Positions 37,760-47,615 of a stretch of DNA of 64,000 nucleotides are shown here, in pieces. Location: NCBI GenBank assembly GCA_965203325.1, contig OZ241875.1, positions 2,592,001-2,656,000 of the forward strand, written 5' to 3'. Under the pieces are notes generated by a model, which was given only the letters and a program-made list of their open reading frames with translations, was not told the DNA's origin and did not search any database. Made by a program: the position numbers and the translations under genes. How positions within the stretch are numbered: the stretch's first letter is position 1; each line of letters begins with the position of its first letter. The DNA comes from a bacterium. GTDB lineage: Bacteria > UBA8248.

Positions 37760-38545
37760 ATGGATTTGGGACTTCACGGAAAAGCCGCCATCGTCACCGG
37801 CGGGAACTCGGGCCTCGGCCTTGCGGTCGCCAGGGAGCTCGCGCGTGAGGGCTGCGACGTCTGCATCTGCGCGCGGAACGAGGAGCGCCTGGCGGCGGCG
37901 AAACAGGAAATCCAGTCGGTCTCGGAGGGCGTGGTGCGCGCGATGCGCTGCGACGTGAGCGTAGCGGAAGACATCGCCGCCGTGGTGGAGGAGACGGTCG
38001 CCCTTTTCGGCACCGTCCACATCCTCGTGAGCAACGCAGGCGTGAGCACGACAAAGGATTTTCTCGACGTCGAGCGCGCGGACTGGGATTACTCGATGCG
38101 CAGCATTCTCTTCGCGGCGTCGGAGCTCAGCCGCCTGGTGATCCCCCATATGCAGCGACAGAAGTGGGGCCGCATCATCATGACGGGCTCCACGAGCAGC
38201 CGCCAGCCCCGGCCCCGCCGCGCCGTCTCGAACGCGTCGAAGGCGGCGCTGCTCAACTTCACGAAATCACTCGCCGGTGAGTTCGTGCGCGACGGGATTC
38301 TGGTCAACATCGTGAACCCGGGGCGCTTCAACACCCACTGGCCCGAGCGCATCGCGAAGATGGCGGCGGAGAGCGGCCGCAGCGAGGAGGAAGTCTACGC
38401 CGAGGTGACGAAGGACATCGCGATAGGCCGCCTCGGAGAAGCGGAGGAGTTCGCGGCGGCGGTGGCCTTTCTCGCCAGCGAGCGCGCGAGCTACATCACG
38501 GGCGCTGCGCTGCAGGTCGACGGGGGCGAGATGTCTTCGATCTAA
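37760..38545 (+). CDS. SDR-family oxidoreductase
   Basis: TGGNSGLG, SNAG, SNASKAA (YxxxK variant), VNPG, YITG. Confidence 0.92.
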   Translation: MDLGLHGKAAIVTGGNSGLGLAVARELAREGCDVCICARNEERLAAAKQEIQSVSEGVVRAMRCDVSVAEDIAAVVEETVALFGTVHILVSNAGVSTTKDFLDVERADWDYSMRSILFAASELSRLVIPHMQRQKWGRIIMTGSTSSRQPRPRRAVSNASKAALLNFTKSLAGEFVRDGILVNIVNPGRFNTHWPERIAKMAAESGRSEEEVYAEVTKDIAIGRLGEAEEFAAAVAFLASERASYITGAALQVDGGEMSSI

Positions 38546-38803
38546 AGATTCACGCGGCGCGCATCCGCTTTCGCCGGGCCGCTCGTGGATAAGATGTGGA
38601 CAAGGTGTGGGTTATCGAGTATTTTCATCGAGCTACCCATCAGGCTTGTCTGGTGGTCCCCGTTGCCCTGCGGCGCGGGGAATTTTTTTAGGGGTATCCA
38701 ACCGGGAAATTTCGTGTTATTATCGTTTTATATTCGCGCATTGAAATTTTGAATGTTCACGTCCAGAATGGGTGAATACAGAAAGGCGAAAGGGGAGGGA
38801 GAC

Positions 38804-39235
38804 ATGACGTCGGTTTATGATGTCGCGGAATATATTCTATCGAAAACCGGCAGGACCACGACGTGGAAACTTCAAAAGCTCGTTTATTACGCCCAGGCTT
38901 GGCATCTCGTTTGGGATGAAGAGCCTTTGTTCCCCGAAGAGATTCAGGCGTGGGCGAATGGACCGGTGTGTCCCGATTTATACAAAAGGCATCAAGGGTT
39001 TTTCCATGTCTCCACGGTCCGGGCGAACCCCGACGCATTGTCCGAGAGCGAGTGCGAGACCGTTGATGTCGTGGCGGCTCATTACGGGGAATACAGCGGT
39101 CAGCAACTGAGCGATCTCACGCATTCCGAACCCCCATGGATGAACGCAAGGAAGGGTATTCCGACCAGGGAAAGAGGCAATCAGATTATTTCACATGAAT
39201 CACTGGCGGAATATTATGGCTCCCTCCAGGAATAG
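38804..39235 (+). CDS. Panacea (DUF4065/SocA-like) antitoxin
   Basis: DVAEYIL..TTWKLQKLVYYAQAW, IQAWANGPV.PDLY, LSDLTHSEPPW. Confidence 0.88.
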   Translation: MTSVYDVAEYILSKTGRTTTWKLQKLVYYAQAWHLVWDEEPLFPEEIQAWANGPVCPDLYKRHQGFFHVSTVRANPDALSESECETVDVVAAHYGEYSGQQLSDLTHSEPPWMNARKGIPTRERGNQIISHESLAEYYGSLQE

Positions 39236-39713
39236 AGGTAGGCGGCGAAAAACAATTCCCCGACAATCCAGCCCCTCAAGCAGGGAATCTGTCAAGGAAG
39301 TTCGTCAGGAAATAAGCCAATCTCATGATCACCTGGTGATTTGCTGGCACGTGGGCAAGATCGACTGGGATGGCCCGTGGGGCATGAGGGCTTGCGAAAA
39401 TCTCGATTTCAGGCGCCTCGTCGACGAAACGATTTCAAACTGGGAAACCATGACCTGGGCCGAGTTGTATCGGGCGAGTGGCGGTAGAAGGCGAGGCACC
39501 AACCATCATCCTATCCTCGTTTCAAAACTTTCCTCGACCGCAAAGAAAAGACTCAAGGACATCGAAGAAGACGACATAGAGACAATCGTGTCATTGCGGA
39601 TCAACTCCAGGGAAAGGCTGTATGGAATCAGGGCCGGTCAGGTGTTTGAAGTGCTCTGGTACGATCCGTGGCACGACAATCGCAACAAGGCCGTCTGCCC
39701 GACCAGAAGATGA
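39216..39713 (+). CDS. Putative cognate toxin (RelE-like fold suspected)
   Basis: Overlaps the antitoxin 3' end; TW.EL..., SLRINSRERLYGIR....FEVLWYDPWH; basic N-terminus. Confidence 0.65.
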   Translation: MAPSRNRGRRRKTIPRQSSPSSRESVKEVRQEISQSHDHLVICWHVGKIDWDGPWGMRACENLDFRRLVDETISNWETMTWAELYRASGGRRRGTNHHPILVSKLSSTAKKRLKDIEEDDIETIVSLRINSRERLYGIRAGQVFEVLWYDPWHDNRNKAVCPTRR

Positions 39714-39743
39714 GGAAACCCCGCCAAGGAAGTTTTGGATGCG

Positions 39744-40118
39744 TTATGTAAGTGCTGCGGTGAACTGAAACCCCGCCCAGACGGCGAGGAGACAGCCGAC
39801 GACCGATAGCGCGACGTAGAGCGCCGCGAGGAGCCAGTCGCCCTCCTGGAACATGAGGAAGGTCTCGAGGCTGAAGGCGGAGAACGTGGTGAACCCGCCC
39901 AGCAGTCCTATCATCGTGAACAGGCGGACCTCCTCGCTGAACACCTCCCTCGCGACGAGCAGCTCGTAGGCACACCCGATAACGAACGAGCCGATGACGT
40001 TGGCCGCCAGGGTGCCGAAGGGCCAGCCTGCGCCCAGCGATCGCTGCACGAAGAGCGCCAGTCCGTAGCGCAGCGCGCTGCCGAGCGCGCCGCCGCCCGC
40101 CACCAAAAGCCAGTTCAA
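39744..40118 (-). CDS. crcB: Fluoride efflux channel
   Basis: GGALGSALRY, PFGTLAANVIGSF, GLLGGFTTFSAFS; TTG start after AAGGAG. Confidence 0.93.
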   Translation of the reverse strand: MNWLLVAGGGALGSALRYGLALFVQRSLGAGWPFGTLAANVIGSFVIGCAYELLVAREVFSEEVRLFTMIGLLGGFTTFSAFSLETFLMFQEGDWLLAALYVALSVVGCLLAVWAGFQFTAALT

Positions 40119-40251
40119 GTGAGGCTCCTTTCCGCCGGGTGGAATCCGAACCGTCTCGGTACCCGGAAAAAATGACACCATTGCGGGGGCGGCGCAAGAG
40201 TTTCGCTGTCCCTCGCTTTTCGGGCGCGTCTTTGTCTCCTAAAATGAGCGG

Positions 40252-41487
40252 ATGGATGAGACGCGCGTTAGCAACGCCCAAGAGGACTGGAAGGCGCAGC
40301 TGGAAGATGAGTTGCGCGAACTCACCGAAGCCAACCTGCGCCGGGGGCTGCGCACGGTCGAGGGAATGCAGGGCCCGACCATGCGTTATGGCGGGAGAAC
40401 CCTCGTCAACCTTTCCAGCAACAACTACCTGGGCCTCGCGGGCTATCCCGCCATCATCGAGGCGTCCGTGGAGGCTGCCAGAACCGCCGGCGCGAGCGGG
40501 GCCGCCTCCCCGCTCATCTCGGGCCACATGAGTGCCCACGAGGAGCTGGCGCGCGCGCTGGCCGCCTTCAAGCGAAAAGAAGCCGCGCTCGTCTTCGGTT
40601 CGGGTTTTCTGGCGAACCTGGGATTGATCACCGCCCTGGCTGGTGAGGGAGACGCCGTTTTCAGCGACGAACTCAACCACGCGAGCATCGTGGACGGCTG
40701 CAGGCTCTCCAGGGCGCGCGTCCACATCTATCCGCATGCGAATCTCAATCGTCTGGAAGACGCCCTGAAAAAGGATTCCCGAGCCCGCCGGAAGCTCATC
40801 GTGACGGATGGCGTGTTCAGCATGGACGGGGATCTGGCCCCTCTGCCCGGCATCTGCGACCTCGCGGATAAATACAATGCCATGCTCGTGGTGGACGACG
40901 CGCACGGCACGGGGGTCATCGGCGAGGGGGGCAGGGGGAGCGGCGCTTATTTCGGTGTGGAGGAGGGCGTTTCGGTCTCGATGGGCACGCTGGGCAAGGC
41001 GCTCGCCTCTTACGGCGCGTTTGCCTGCGCGGATTCGGAAGTCGTGGATTACCTCATCAACAAGGCGCGGCCCTATATTTACTCGACGAGCCCTCCGCCC
41101 GCCGTGGCCGCCGCCTCTTGCGCCGCCGTCCGGGTCGTAGAAGGCGCCGAGGGGGAGCGCCGCCGGGAGAGTCTGGCGAACCTCTGCGCGCGCTTTCGCG
41201 CGGGGCTTCGCTTCATCGGCGTGCGCGTGGGTGAACCGCCGCAGGGGGCCGAGATACCGATTTTCCCCATCATCATCGAGGACACGGAAAAAACGCTGGC
41301 CCTGGCAGAGTATCTGATGGAAGCGGGCGTCTACCTGCTCGCCATCCGCCCGCCCACGGTGCCCGAGGGCACCAGCAGGCTCAGGGCCACCCTCATGGCG
41401 ACGCACACCGAAGCGCAGATCGACCGAACGCTCGACGCTCTTGAGGCGGGACTTAAAAAGCTGGACCTTGCTCCCGGCGGCTGTTGA
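40252..41487 (+). CDS. bioF: 8-amino-7-oxononanoate synthase
   Basis: SSNNYLGL, SGFLANLG, DELNHASIVDG, TDGVFSMDGD, DDAHG, GTLGKA, AIRPPTVP. Confidence 0.9.
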   Translation: MDETRVSNAQEDWKAQLEDELRELTEANLRRGLRTVEGMQGPTMRYGGRTLVNLSSNNYLGLAGYPAIIEASVEAARTAGASGAASPLISGHMSAHEELARALAAFKRKEAALVFGSGFLANLGLITALAGEGDAVFSDELNHASIVDGCRLSRARVHIYPHANLNRLEDALKKDSRARRKLIVTDGVFSMDGDLAPLPGICDLADKYNAMLVVDDAHGTGVIGEGGRGSGAYFGVEEGVSVSMGTLGKALASYGAFACADSEVVDYLINKARPYIYSTSPPPAVAAASCAAVRVVEGAEGERRRESLANLCARFRAGLRFIGVRVGEPPQGAEIPIFPIIIEDTEKTLALAEYLMEAGVYLLAIRPPTVPEGTSRLRATLMATHTEAQIDRTLDALEAGLKKLDLAPGGC

Positions 41488-41668
41488 AAAAGGCCCTTTT
41501 CATGGGGTAGCACCCCTCTCGACTGGAAAGGCAACCCCCCCTACCCCCCCTTGTCAGGGGGGCAAGAAAAAGCAAAACCCCTCAGCCCGGTGGGGGAGCA
41601 TCGCCTTTTTATACCCCCTGACAAGGGGGGGTAGGGGGGGTTGCCTTTATGGGGTTTCCCTTTCAGGG
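41478..41668. mobile_element. MITE/REP-doublet element overlapping the bioF stop codon
   Basis: CGGCTGTTGAAAAAGGCC; CCCCCCCTACCCCCCCTTGTCAGGGGGG / CCCCCTGACAAGGGGGGGTAGGGGGGG; right flank TATGGGGTTTCCCTTTC shared with the 57.6 kb copy. Confidence 0.7.
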
Positions 41669-41704
41669 AGTTGCCATCCTCCCCGGCGCCGCCTGTTTCC
41701 CGCT

Positions 41705-42709
41705 CTAGTCGATTTCCACAATCACGTTGCCCACCGCCTCACCCGCTTCCACGGCCTCGTGCGCGCTGGCGAGTTCATCGAGCGGAAAGCACTCGGCGAT
41801 GTGGTGTGTGAGCGCGCCTGCGTCCAGGGCGCGGGTGATATCCGCCGCCGCATGGAGCAGGGCCTCCGGCGGACAGCAGTGGACCATCACGAGGCGGATG
41901 GTGATGTTGTTCAGCATGAGTTCGTAATGGGGAAAGGGGGGATTGCGATCCCCCATGGAGGAATAGGAGGCGATGACCCCGCCGATTTTCAGGATCTTGT
42001 AGTTCGTCTCCCAGTTCACGCCCAGGTTCACGTCCACCACGCGGTCCACGCCCGCGCCGCCCGTGATCTCCAATATCCTTTCGGCGACGTCCTCTTCACG
42101 GTAGTTGATGACGTGCTCGGCTGCCGCCGCGCGCGCCGCCTTGGCCGCCGAACTCACCGTGGCGATGACTTCCGCTCCCGCCCATTTGGCCAGTTGCACC
42201 CCGTAGACGCCCACGCGGCCCGCACCGCCCGTCACCAGCACCGTCTTGCCGTCGATGGGGCCGTCCGCGAACAGGCAGCGGTGGGCCGTCATGGCGGGAA
42301 TGCCGAGGCACGCGCCCTCTGCGAAGGTGGTTCCCTCAGGCAGACGCACCAGAAACTTCTCCGGCAGGCAGACGTATTGCGCCGAGGTGCCGAACGCGCG
42401 TTTGTAGCGCGCGTTGTAGACCCATACGCGGTCGCCGGCTTCATGGCCGACAGCGCCCGGTCCGATCTCCTCCACGACGCCCGCGCCGTCGTTGTGGGGG
42501 ATGATTCGCGGGAAATCGGGGAAATGATCGAAATAGCCCCAATCCTCGGCCCCAAGGCCCCCGCGGCGCTTGCAATCCGTGGGATTCACGCCCGAGGCAT
42601 GGAGCCGCACCCTTATTTCCCCGGGACCGGGTTCGGGCGTCGCCGTCTCGCCGACTTCGACCACCTCGCGCGGCGCGCCCTTGCGCTCGTACCAGCCCGC
42701 TCGCATCAC
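41705..42709 (-). CDS. NADPH:quinone reductase (MDR family)
   Basis: ASGVNPTD, IPHNDGAG, VLVTGGAGRVG. Confidence 0.9.
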   Translation of the reverse strand: MMRAGWYERKGAPREVVEVGETATPEPGPGEIRVRLHASGVNPTDCKRRGGLGAEDWGYFDHFPDFPRIIPHNDGAGVVEEIGPGAVGHEAGDRVWVYNARYKRAFGTSAQYVCLPEKFLVRLPEGTTFAEGACLGIPAMTAHRCLFADGPIDGKTVLVTGGAGRVGVYGVQLAKWAGAEVIATVSSAAKAARAAAAEHVINYREEDVAERILEITGGAGVDRVVDVNLGVNWETNYKILKIGGVIASYSSMGDRNPPFPHYELMLNNITIRLVMVHCCPPEALLHAAADITRALDAGALTHHIAECFPLDELASAHEAVEAGEAVGNVIVEID

Positions 42710-42730
42710 TTGCGCTCTCCTTTGCCTGCC

Positions 42731-43159
42731 TTACCCGTGGGTGAACGAAACGCCCAGGTAGACGACGATGAGGGCGAGGATGAGGTTGAAGAGAAGCCAC
42801 GTCTTGCGCTGCGCTTTCATCCCGTCAAAGCCTTTCGGGATGGTGAGCGCTACGCCCACGAAGATGATAACGAGCGCCAGGACGATTTTCACGATCAGCG
42901 ATCCCGGAATGACGAGGCCGCTGCGCACGAGGCGGGTTAAGTGGTGAAGCCCCGTCAGCAACAGGATCAGGAACGAGCCGTGGAGAATCGGGATGAACCG
43001 TTTCTGGATTTTCGCCATGAACGGCCCGCGCTCCGCTTCGGGCAAATCCGCCGCCGTGGGTATGACCACGAAACGAAGAAAAGCCACGCCGCCGACCGCA
43101 AGTATCGCGCTCAGGACATGAAGGGTCGTGATGATGATGCTTCCCGTGCTGTATCCCAT
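42731..43159 (-). CDS. Four-helix membrane protein (CopD/DUF4149-like)
   Basis: LHVLSAILAVGGVAF, LLLTG, LIVKIVL hydrophobic segments; ATG 43159 with GGAG upstream. Confidence 0.7.
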   Translation of the reverse strand: MGYSTGSIIITTLHVLSAILAVGGVAFLRFVVIPTAADLPEAERGPFMAKIQKRFIPILHGSFLILLLTGLHHLTRLVRSGLVIPGSLIVKIVLALVIIFVGVALTIPKGFDGMKAQRKTWLLFNLILALIVVYLGVSFTHG

Positions 43160-43197
43160 AAGACGCACTCCCGTGGATGATGAGGAAATTCTTTTCC

Positions 43198-44418
43198 TTA
43201 AGCCGTGTCCTCTCCCAGCAGAACGAGGACGCCGGAATACTGGTGGAGATGGTCGATTTTGCCGATGGGCGCAATCTCGGAACCCGTGAAGAACCCCGCG
43301 ACGGGCAGCCCGCCCATCTTCTCTCTGATCGCTTCGGCGTCCACCTCCATCTCCCCGTAGAGGGAACTGCCCCGGCCCGCGCAATTGAAGTAAAGGCCGA
43401 ACGCGCTTGCGTCTGAATCCTCTGAAGCGCCGAAACGGCGCGCGCCTTTTTCCAACATGGCGCGGAGGTCGTCGCGCGCGCGCGACCCGTCCCGCTTGGC
43501 GAAGGTGATGGCCTGGCCGGTCTTGACCGGCGTCGGCAGCGCGATGACGCCGCGCTCCTCGTCCGCGCCCACGATGGGCCGCACGATGTACTCGCCGTGG
43601 TCGAGGGTGACCTTGTCCGGGTCCCCCGGAATGCCGATGAACAGGTTCATGGCGGCGAAGCGGATGTTCTCCATCCATTCGGGGCCCGCCGCCTCGGCGT
43701 AGGCGTCATACGCGCGTTCGCCCGAAATCTCCCAGACCACGTTCTCCTCCGCCCGGGTGATGAGCCGGGGCTCGCCCACCGGCAGATAGGCCTGGGATAT
43801 CCCGATGAACCGCCTGGGCGCGCCCGCGAATACGACGCCCGAGACGGCGTTTGTCTGCACCTGCCCGTCGAGGAACTGGAAGGTTCTCCCCGCAGAACCG
43901 TCCTCCGCGGCGCCGCCTCCCACGATGATGGCCTCATCCCCGAGTTCCTCGTGAATCCCCTCGAAAAGCGCGTCGGCCTGGAGGTGATAGCTGTCGGGCA
44001 TGATGACGACCAGGGGCGGGTTCCCGCGGGCGAGCGCGTCGCCCAGTTCTTTTTTCGCCGCCCGGCCGATGGCGCGTCCGCATTCCGCCGGTGTGTCGGA
44101 GAGGCCCTCGACGAGAAACGGCGCTGCGGGCGGGGCGTCGCCGCCGACCGCCAGGACCGAGATTCCCGGCGTCCGCTCGATTTCGCCCTGCGCCGTCATG
44201 ACGCCGAAGCCGGTGCAGCCCACGACCCGCGCGCCGCCCGTTCCCTCGGCGACGGCGGCGACCACCTCGGGCCATCGTTGCAGATGCCCCGGCGTCGCGA
44301 ACAGGAAGACGAGAGAAGCCGCGTCGAGCTTTGCCTCCGCCATGGCCTCTTCTATCGCCTCTTGCGCGGCAGCGGCGGAGTCTGCGTTCGCGGAAAGGCC
44401 GCTGCCCGCGCGCGTCAT
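43198..44418 (-). CDS. FIST domain protein
   Basis: VVGCTGFGV, IVGGGA, FNCAGRG, LPVAGFFTGSEI; ATG 44418 overlaps the upstream stop. Confidence 0.88.
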   Translation of the reverse strand: MTRAGSGLSANADSAAAAQEAIEEAMAEAKLDAASLVFLFATPGHLQRWPEVVAAVAEGTGGARVVGCTGFGVMTAQGEIERTPGISVLAVGGDAPPAAPFLVEGLSDTPAECGRAIGRAAKKELGDALARGNPPLVVIMPDSYHLQADALFEGIHEELGDEAIIVGGGAAEDGSAGRTFQFLDGQVQTNAVSGVVFAGAPRRFIGISQAYLPVGEPRLITRAEENVVWEISGERAYDAYAEAAGPEWMENIRFAAMNLFIGIPGDPDKVTLDHGEYIVRPIVGADEERGVIALPTPVKTGQAITFAKRDGSRARDDLRAMLEKGARRFGASEDSDASAFGLYFNCAGRGSSLYGEMEVDAEAIREKMGGLPVAGFFTGSEIAPIGKIDHLHQYSGVLVLLGEDTA

Positions 44419-45110
44419 GGAGATTCCTCGCGCGTGAGCGCGCCGGGCGTCCCGTTCGTGATGAGTTTCGGTTCGCTCACCGCCTGTACGTCTTCGATGG
44501 CGAGGCCTTCGGCCACTTCTCTTAAAAGAGGGCCGTCCGGCGTGAACTCGATGAACGCGATGTCGGTGAACAGCTTGGTGACCACCCGCCGCGCGGTGAG
44601 GGGATAGCTGCAATCTTCCAGGAGCTTCAGGCCGCCGTCCTTCATGGTGTGGGTCATGATGGCGTAGACCTCGCGCGCGCCCGCCGCCAGGTCCATCGCG
44701 CCGCCGATGCCGCCCTTGCCCAGCCCCGGCACCGTCCAGTTGGCGAGGTCGCCGCGGGCGGAAACCTGCAGCGCGCCCATGACGGCGATGTCGATGTGGC
44801 CGCCGCGTATCATGGCGAAGGCGTCGGCGTGACCGAACACCGATGCGCCCGGAAGCGTGGTGATGGGTTCGCGCGACGCGTTGATGTAGTCCTTGTCCTC
44901 CTGGCCCTCCTCCGGCCTGGGACCCGCGCCGATGATTCCGTTTTCGGCCATGAACAACACGCCGCGCTCCGCTTCCACGTAATTGCCCACCAGCGTGGGG
45001 ATGCCGATGCCCAGGTTCACCACCGCGCCGTCTGGCAGTTCCGCCGCCACGCGACGGGCGATGTCGGCCGGCTCGAGAGCGCAGCTTTCAAGTTTCGGAT
45101 CGGAGGTCAA
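44415..45110 (-). CDS. 3-oxoacid CoA-transferase subunit B
   Basis: VNLGIGIPTLV, AENG, MIRGGHID, GGAMDLA. Confidence 0.93.
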   Translation of the reverse strand: MTSDPKLESCALEPADIARRVAAELPDGAVVNLGIGIPTLVGNYVEAERGVLFMAENGIIGAGPRPEEGQEDKDYINASREPITTLPGASVFGHADAFAMIRGGHIDIAVMGALQVSARGDLANWTVPGLGKGGIGGAMDLAAGAREVYAIMTHTMKDGGLKLLEDCSYPLTARRVVTKLFTDIAFIEFTPDGPLLREVAEGLAIEDVQAVSEPKLITNGTPGALTREESP

Positions 45111-45777
45111 GGTCTTCTCCTCTGACGACTCTTTGCACGTATATCGAGGGCGTGTGCACGCTCTCGGGCGCGATGACGCCGGGTTCCACGATTTCCTCCA
45201 CCTCGGCGATGGTGAGCGGCGCCGCCGTCGCCATGACGGGGTTGAAGTTCGCCGCCGTACCCCGGTAGGTGAGGTTTCCCGTGCGGTCGGCCCGGTGCGC
45301 CTTGATGACGGCCACGTCGCCGGGCAGGGGAAATTCGAGCACGGCTTCTCGTCCGTTGATCGTGCGGGTCTCCTTGCCCTCGGCCGCCTGCGTGCCGACG
45401 CCGGTGGGGGTGAAGAAGGCGGAAACGCCTGCGCCCGCCGCCCGGATCCTCTCGGCCATAGTCCCCTGGGGGAGCTGTTCGAGCTCGATTTTCCCCTCGA
45501 GATACAACTCCCGGAACACGAACGCGCTCCTGTGGAAGGCGTAGCTGCAGATGATTTTCTTCACCTTCCCCTGCCGGAGCAGAACGGCCAGGCCGCGCTC
45601 GCCAAAGCCCGCGTGGTTCGTGACGACGGTCAGGTCGCGTGCGGGGTGATCGGCCATGGCGACCAGGAGGTTTTCCGGGATGCCCGCGCCGCCGAACCCG
45701 CCCAGCAGGATGGTGGCGCCGTCGGGGATGTCGGCGATGGCGGCTCTGGATGATGGGTATACCTTGTCGGAGGCCAA
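45088..45777 (-). CDS. 3-oxoacid CoA-transferase subunit A
   Basis: DGATILLGGFG..GIPENL, PQGTMAERIRA, NFNPVMA; probable TTG start at 45777. Confidence 0.92.
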   Translation of the reverse strand: MASDKVYPSSRAAIADIPDGATILLGGFGGAGIPENLLVAMADHPARDLTVVTNHAGFGERGLAVLLRQGKVKKIICSYAFHRSAFVFRELYLEGKIELEQLPQGTMAERIRAAGAGVSAFFTPTGVGTQAAEGKETRTINGREAVLEFPLPGDVAVIKAHRADRTGNLTYRGTAANFNPVMATAAPLTIAEVEEIVEPGVIAPESVHTPSIYVQRVVRGEDLDLRSET

Positions 45778-46000
45778 ATCGTCGTTCTCATGTTGAGGAA
45801 AAGTCCACGGTGCGCCGCTCGGCGCGAATTTCATTCTATTTATGCGGCATCGACCCGAAAAAATCCAGGCGGACCCCGGCTTGCCACCGGCCTTTCAGTG
45901 CCATAGAGTGCGGATTCATTTTTGCCGGGTGTGGTTTTCTTTTTTCGAGGAGTGCGTGGTGGCCAGGCAGCCCAGGCGAGCGCCGCAGGCCAAAGAGCAG

Positions 46001-47554
46001 GTGAGCAAAGAGAGGGGTATTGCGGGTTTCTATCTCTATTTCTCGGTCTTTCTCTCGGGCGGCTCGATTCTCGTCATGGAGATCGCGGCGGGGCGCGTGC
46101 TCGCCCCCCACTTCGGCAACACGCTCTACACCTGGACCTCGATGATCGGCATCATCCTCGCCGCACTGAGCCTCGGCTATTCCATCGGCGGGAGGCTCGC
46201 GGACCGGAATCCGTCGACCAGGCTGTTTTTCTCCCTCATGCTGGGCGGCGCGGGCCTCGTGGCCCTGGTGCCCGCCCTGCGGGGTATCCTGCTGCCCACG
46301 ATGGAGGAGAGCCTGAGCCTCCAATCGGGGCCGGTGTTCGCCGGTCTCCTGCTCTTCGCCGCTCCGGGTTGCGTGCTCGCCACACTCACCCCCTTCGCGG
46401 TGAAACTCGCAGCAAGGGGAGAGGGGAGCCTGGGAGCGGTGACGGGCAACCTCTTCACCTGGTCCACGGTCGGGAGCATCCTCGGCACGTTCGCGACGGG
46501 CTTCGTCTTCATTCCCTTTTTCGGACTGAACGGCATCTTCCTGACGACGGCGGCGGCGCTCACGCTCACGGCGACGCTGGGGCTCTACCTCAGCGGCGAC
46601 CTCGCCAGATTGTTCTCGAAACGAAAGGCGCGGGCGAACCTGCTTCTCGCGGCGTTCCTCCTGGCCTCGATGGGGACGGGCGCCGCGTGGCTGGGCGTCA
46701 TCCCCGGCGTGGATAAGGATACGGTGTGGGTGCGCGAGAACATGTACCACATGATCCGCATATTCGAGAGGGAAGAGGCGGGCGGCGTGCGGGTGCGCGA
46801 GATGTTTCTGGATCACCAACCCGAAGGGGCGATGGTCCTGGGCGACGACAGAAAGTTCTTCTATGAATACACCCGTTTTCTGGAACTTGGCCCTCTGTTC
46901 GTGCCCCACATGAAGCGCGCGATCTTCATCGGCGGCGGCGCTTTCACGATGCCCAAGGCGCTGCATCTCATGAGGCCGGAGATGTCCATCGAAGTGGCCG
47001 AACTCGACGCGGAAGTCGTCGATGCGGGGCGTAAGTTTTTCAGGCTGGGGAATTTCCCGAAACTGAAAAATCTGGTGGGAGACGGCAGGCGCATTCTGCG
47101 CTCATCGAAAGAAAAATACGATCTCATCGTGGGCGACGCCTACCGGGGCTTGCGGAACATACCGCCGCATCTGGTCACGAAGGAGTTTTTCGAGGAAGCG
47201 AGCGAACGCCTCTCACCCGGCGGCGCCTTCATGCTGAACCTCATCGGCTACCGCGCAGGGGCTGGCGGGGCGATATACGCGTCCGTCTACCGGACGATGA
47301 AAAGCGTGTTCCCGGAGATTTTCATTTACAGCACCGACCCCGCGAATCCCTACACGGCGCAGAACATTCTGTTCTTCGCGTTCCGGGACGAGGACCCGGG
47401 CCGTTTCCGCCGCGTGAGCGAGGCGATGCGCCGGGAGCCCGGGTTCGCGTTCGCCGCCCGCGCGCGCGTCTCGCCGCCGGGCGCGCGCCTCTACGGCCCG
47501 GTTTTGACGGACGACTACAATCCGGTGGAATATCTGATCGAAAGGGGACTTTAA
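46001..47554 (+). CDS. Fused MFS/spermidine synthase-like protein
   Basis: MEIAAGRVLAPHFG...WTSMIG TM region; IGGGAFT, ELDAEV, GDGR, DLIVGDAY, LTDDYNPVE. Confidence 0.88.
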   Translation: MSKERGIAGFYLYFSVFLSGGSILVMEIAAGRVLAPHFGNTLYTWTSMIGIILAALSLGYSIGGRLADRNPSTRLFFSLMLGGAGLVALVPALRGILLPTMEESLSLQSGPVFAGLLLFAAPGCVLATLTPFAVKLAARGEGSLGAVTGNLFTWSTVGSILGTFATGFVFIPFFGLNGIFLTTAAALTLTATLGLYLSGDLARLFSKRKARANLLLAAFLLASMGTGAAWLGVIPGVDKDTVWVRENMYHMIRIFEREEAGGVRVREMFLDHQPEGAMVLGDDRKFFYEYTRFLELGPLFVPHMKRAIFIGGGAFTMPKALHLMRPEMSIEVAELDAEVVDAGRKFFRLGNFPKLKNLVGDGRRILRSSKEKYDLIVGDAYRGLRNIPPHLVTKEFFEEASERLSPGGAFMLNLIGYRAGAGGAIYASVYRTMKSVFPEIFIYSTDPANPYTAQNILFFAFRDEDPGRFRRVSEAMRREPGFAFAARARVSPPGARLYGPVLTDDYNPVEYLIERGL

Positions 47555-47615
47555 TACTTGGCGGCCCGGATGTGCTCGACACACCTGCCGCGTATGGAAT
47601 CATGAAGGAGAAGCG

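Noticed and set aside
40119..40230. Fluoride riboswitch upstream of crcB
   Set aside because: Only a partial GCAATGGTGT match; the pairing partner and the downstream TGATG/CTAC elements are not seen.
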